Position numbers and translations under genes: made by a program. Shown in pieces: positions 59,301 through 64,000 of a DNA stretch of 64,000 bases (the first letter of the stretch is position 1; each line of letters opens with the position of its first letter). This DNA is from Limnochordia bacterium (GTDB lineage: Bacteria > Bacillota > Limnochordia > DTU080): assembly GCA_050951545.1 (NCBI GenBank), contig JBMNJG010000003.1, positions 32,001 through 96,000 of the forward strand. Direction: 5' to 3'. Below the pieces are notes generated by a model that saw nothing but the letters and a program-made list of their open reading frames with translations, did not search any database and was not told the DNA's origin.

Positions 59301-59395
59301 ACAGGGTTGCCCCTGCAGTACCATCACCGCTGGAGGGCTTAACTGCCGTGTTCGGGATGGGAACGGGTGGGTCCCCTCCGCCATTGCCACCGACA
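59278..59395 (-). rRNA. rrf: 5S rRNA
   Basis: CCCGTTCCCATCCCGAACACGG..GTTAAG and GGGAGAGTAG motifs; ends approximate. Confidence 0.95.
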
Positions 59396-59473
59396 AAGTC
59401 TCCAGGTGCTGTGCACCCTCACAACTGCACAGAAGATAAGATGACGATTGCTGCCTGAGAGCTTACTACTTTT

Positions 59474-62458
<2,985 letters not shown>

Positions 62459-62675
62459 GATTAAGCCCGCGTGTGCTCTTTTGAGCCACGCTAGGTTTGT
62501 AAGTCTCCTCAGGCAACTAGGAGTCGCCATGATGGTCGAGGGACCATCAAACGATCTCCATACACACCTCACCGCGTCGATGTCAGTCGCGGCAGGTGTG
62601 CGTATCGTCACCTTTTCTCCTCTGTGCAGTTGTCAAGGTGCATACCAACGTGCCTTTCTGTTGAAAGACCACGTC

Positions 62676-62752
62676 TGGTGGGCTTAGGTGGATTCGAACC
62701 ACCGACCTCACCCTTATCAGGGGTGCGCTCTAGCCACCTGAGCTATAAGCCC
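62676..62752 (-). tRNA. tRNA-Ile(GAT) in the 16S-23S spacer
   Basis: GGGCTTATAGCTCAG...CTGATAA...GGTTCGAATCC...ACCA; no tRNA-Ala seen in the spacer. Confidence 0.96.
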
Positions 62753-62874
62753 TCAGAAATCGCCCAGAACAGAACAACAGCTTCCGAGAAGCTGTTGTGC
62801 CAGTCCCTGGCAACTAAACAGCGTACATCAGCAAGGGCCGACCTAGGAGTAGCCAAGACTGACCGCCTTGGCAT

Positions 62875-64000
<1,126 letters not shown>

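Overview
A 64-kb chromosomal segment of a fairly GC-rich, spore-forming Firmicute (Bacillota). Sporulation is inferred from spoVD, bofC and sporulation-type promoter motifs. The many orphan sugar-binding proteins, mostly lacking a lipobox, suggest a Limnochordia-like, possibly diderm lineage; this is also inference. Most genes and the rRNA operon lie on the minus strand. 1-30 kb is mostly housekeeping: start of the dcw cluster (mraZ-rsmH-ftsL-spoVD), a Nif3-like gene, three tRNAs, rpoD-dnaG, ppdK, recO, ruvCAB, bofC, yebC, prsW, darA, rodA and prfC. 30-43 kb holds a K+/H+ antiporter, an MscS-like protein, three amidohydrolases with an orphan sugar-binding protein, a DUF4912 + GH57/GT4 fusion operon, a degenerate Xer-like recombinase and a CoA-disulfide reductase-rhodanese. 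43-59 kb is a decaying accessory region: GH20, IS256 debris, a probable group IIC intron remnant, binding-protein genes and pseudogenes, vapBC, and an intact IS21 element with a 5-bp target duplication. The window ends in an rRNA operon (partial 16S, tRNA-Ile, 23S, 5S). Most notable: (1) an unnamed ~60-90 nt element with a 5' hairpin that ends in the Shine-Dalgarno, found upstream of three unrelated genes; (2) a eukaryote-like GALK2-type kinase paired with a nucleotidyltransferase; (3) a Xer-family recombinase missing several catalytic residues; (4) a tandem duplication of the 5S 3' end and terminator. All calls come from motif recognition by eye; no database searches were run.
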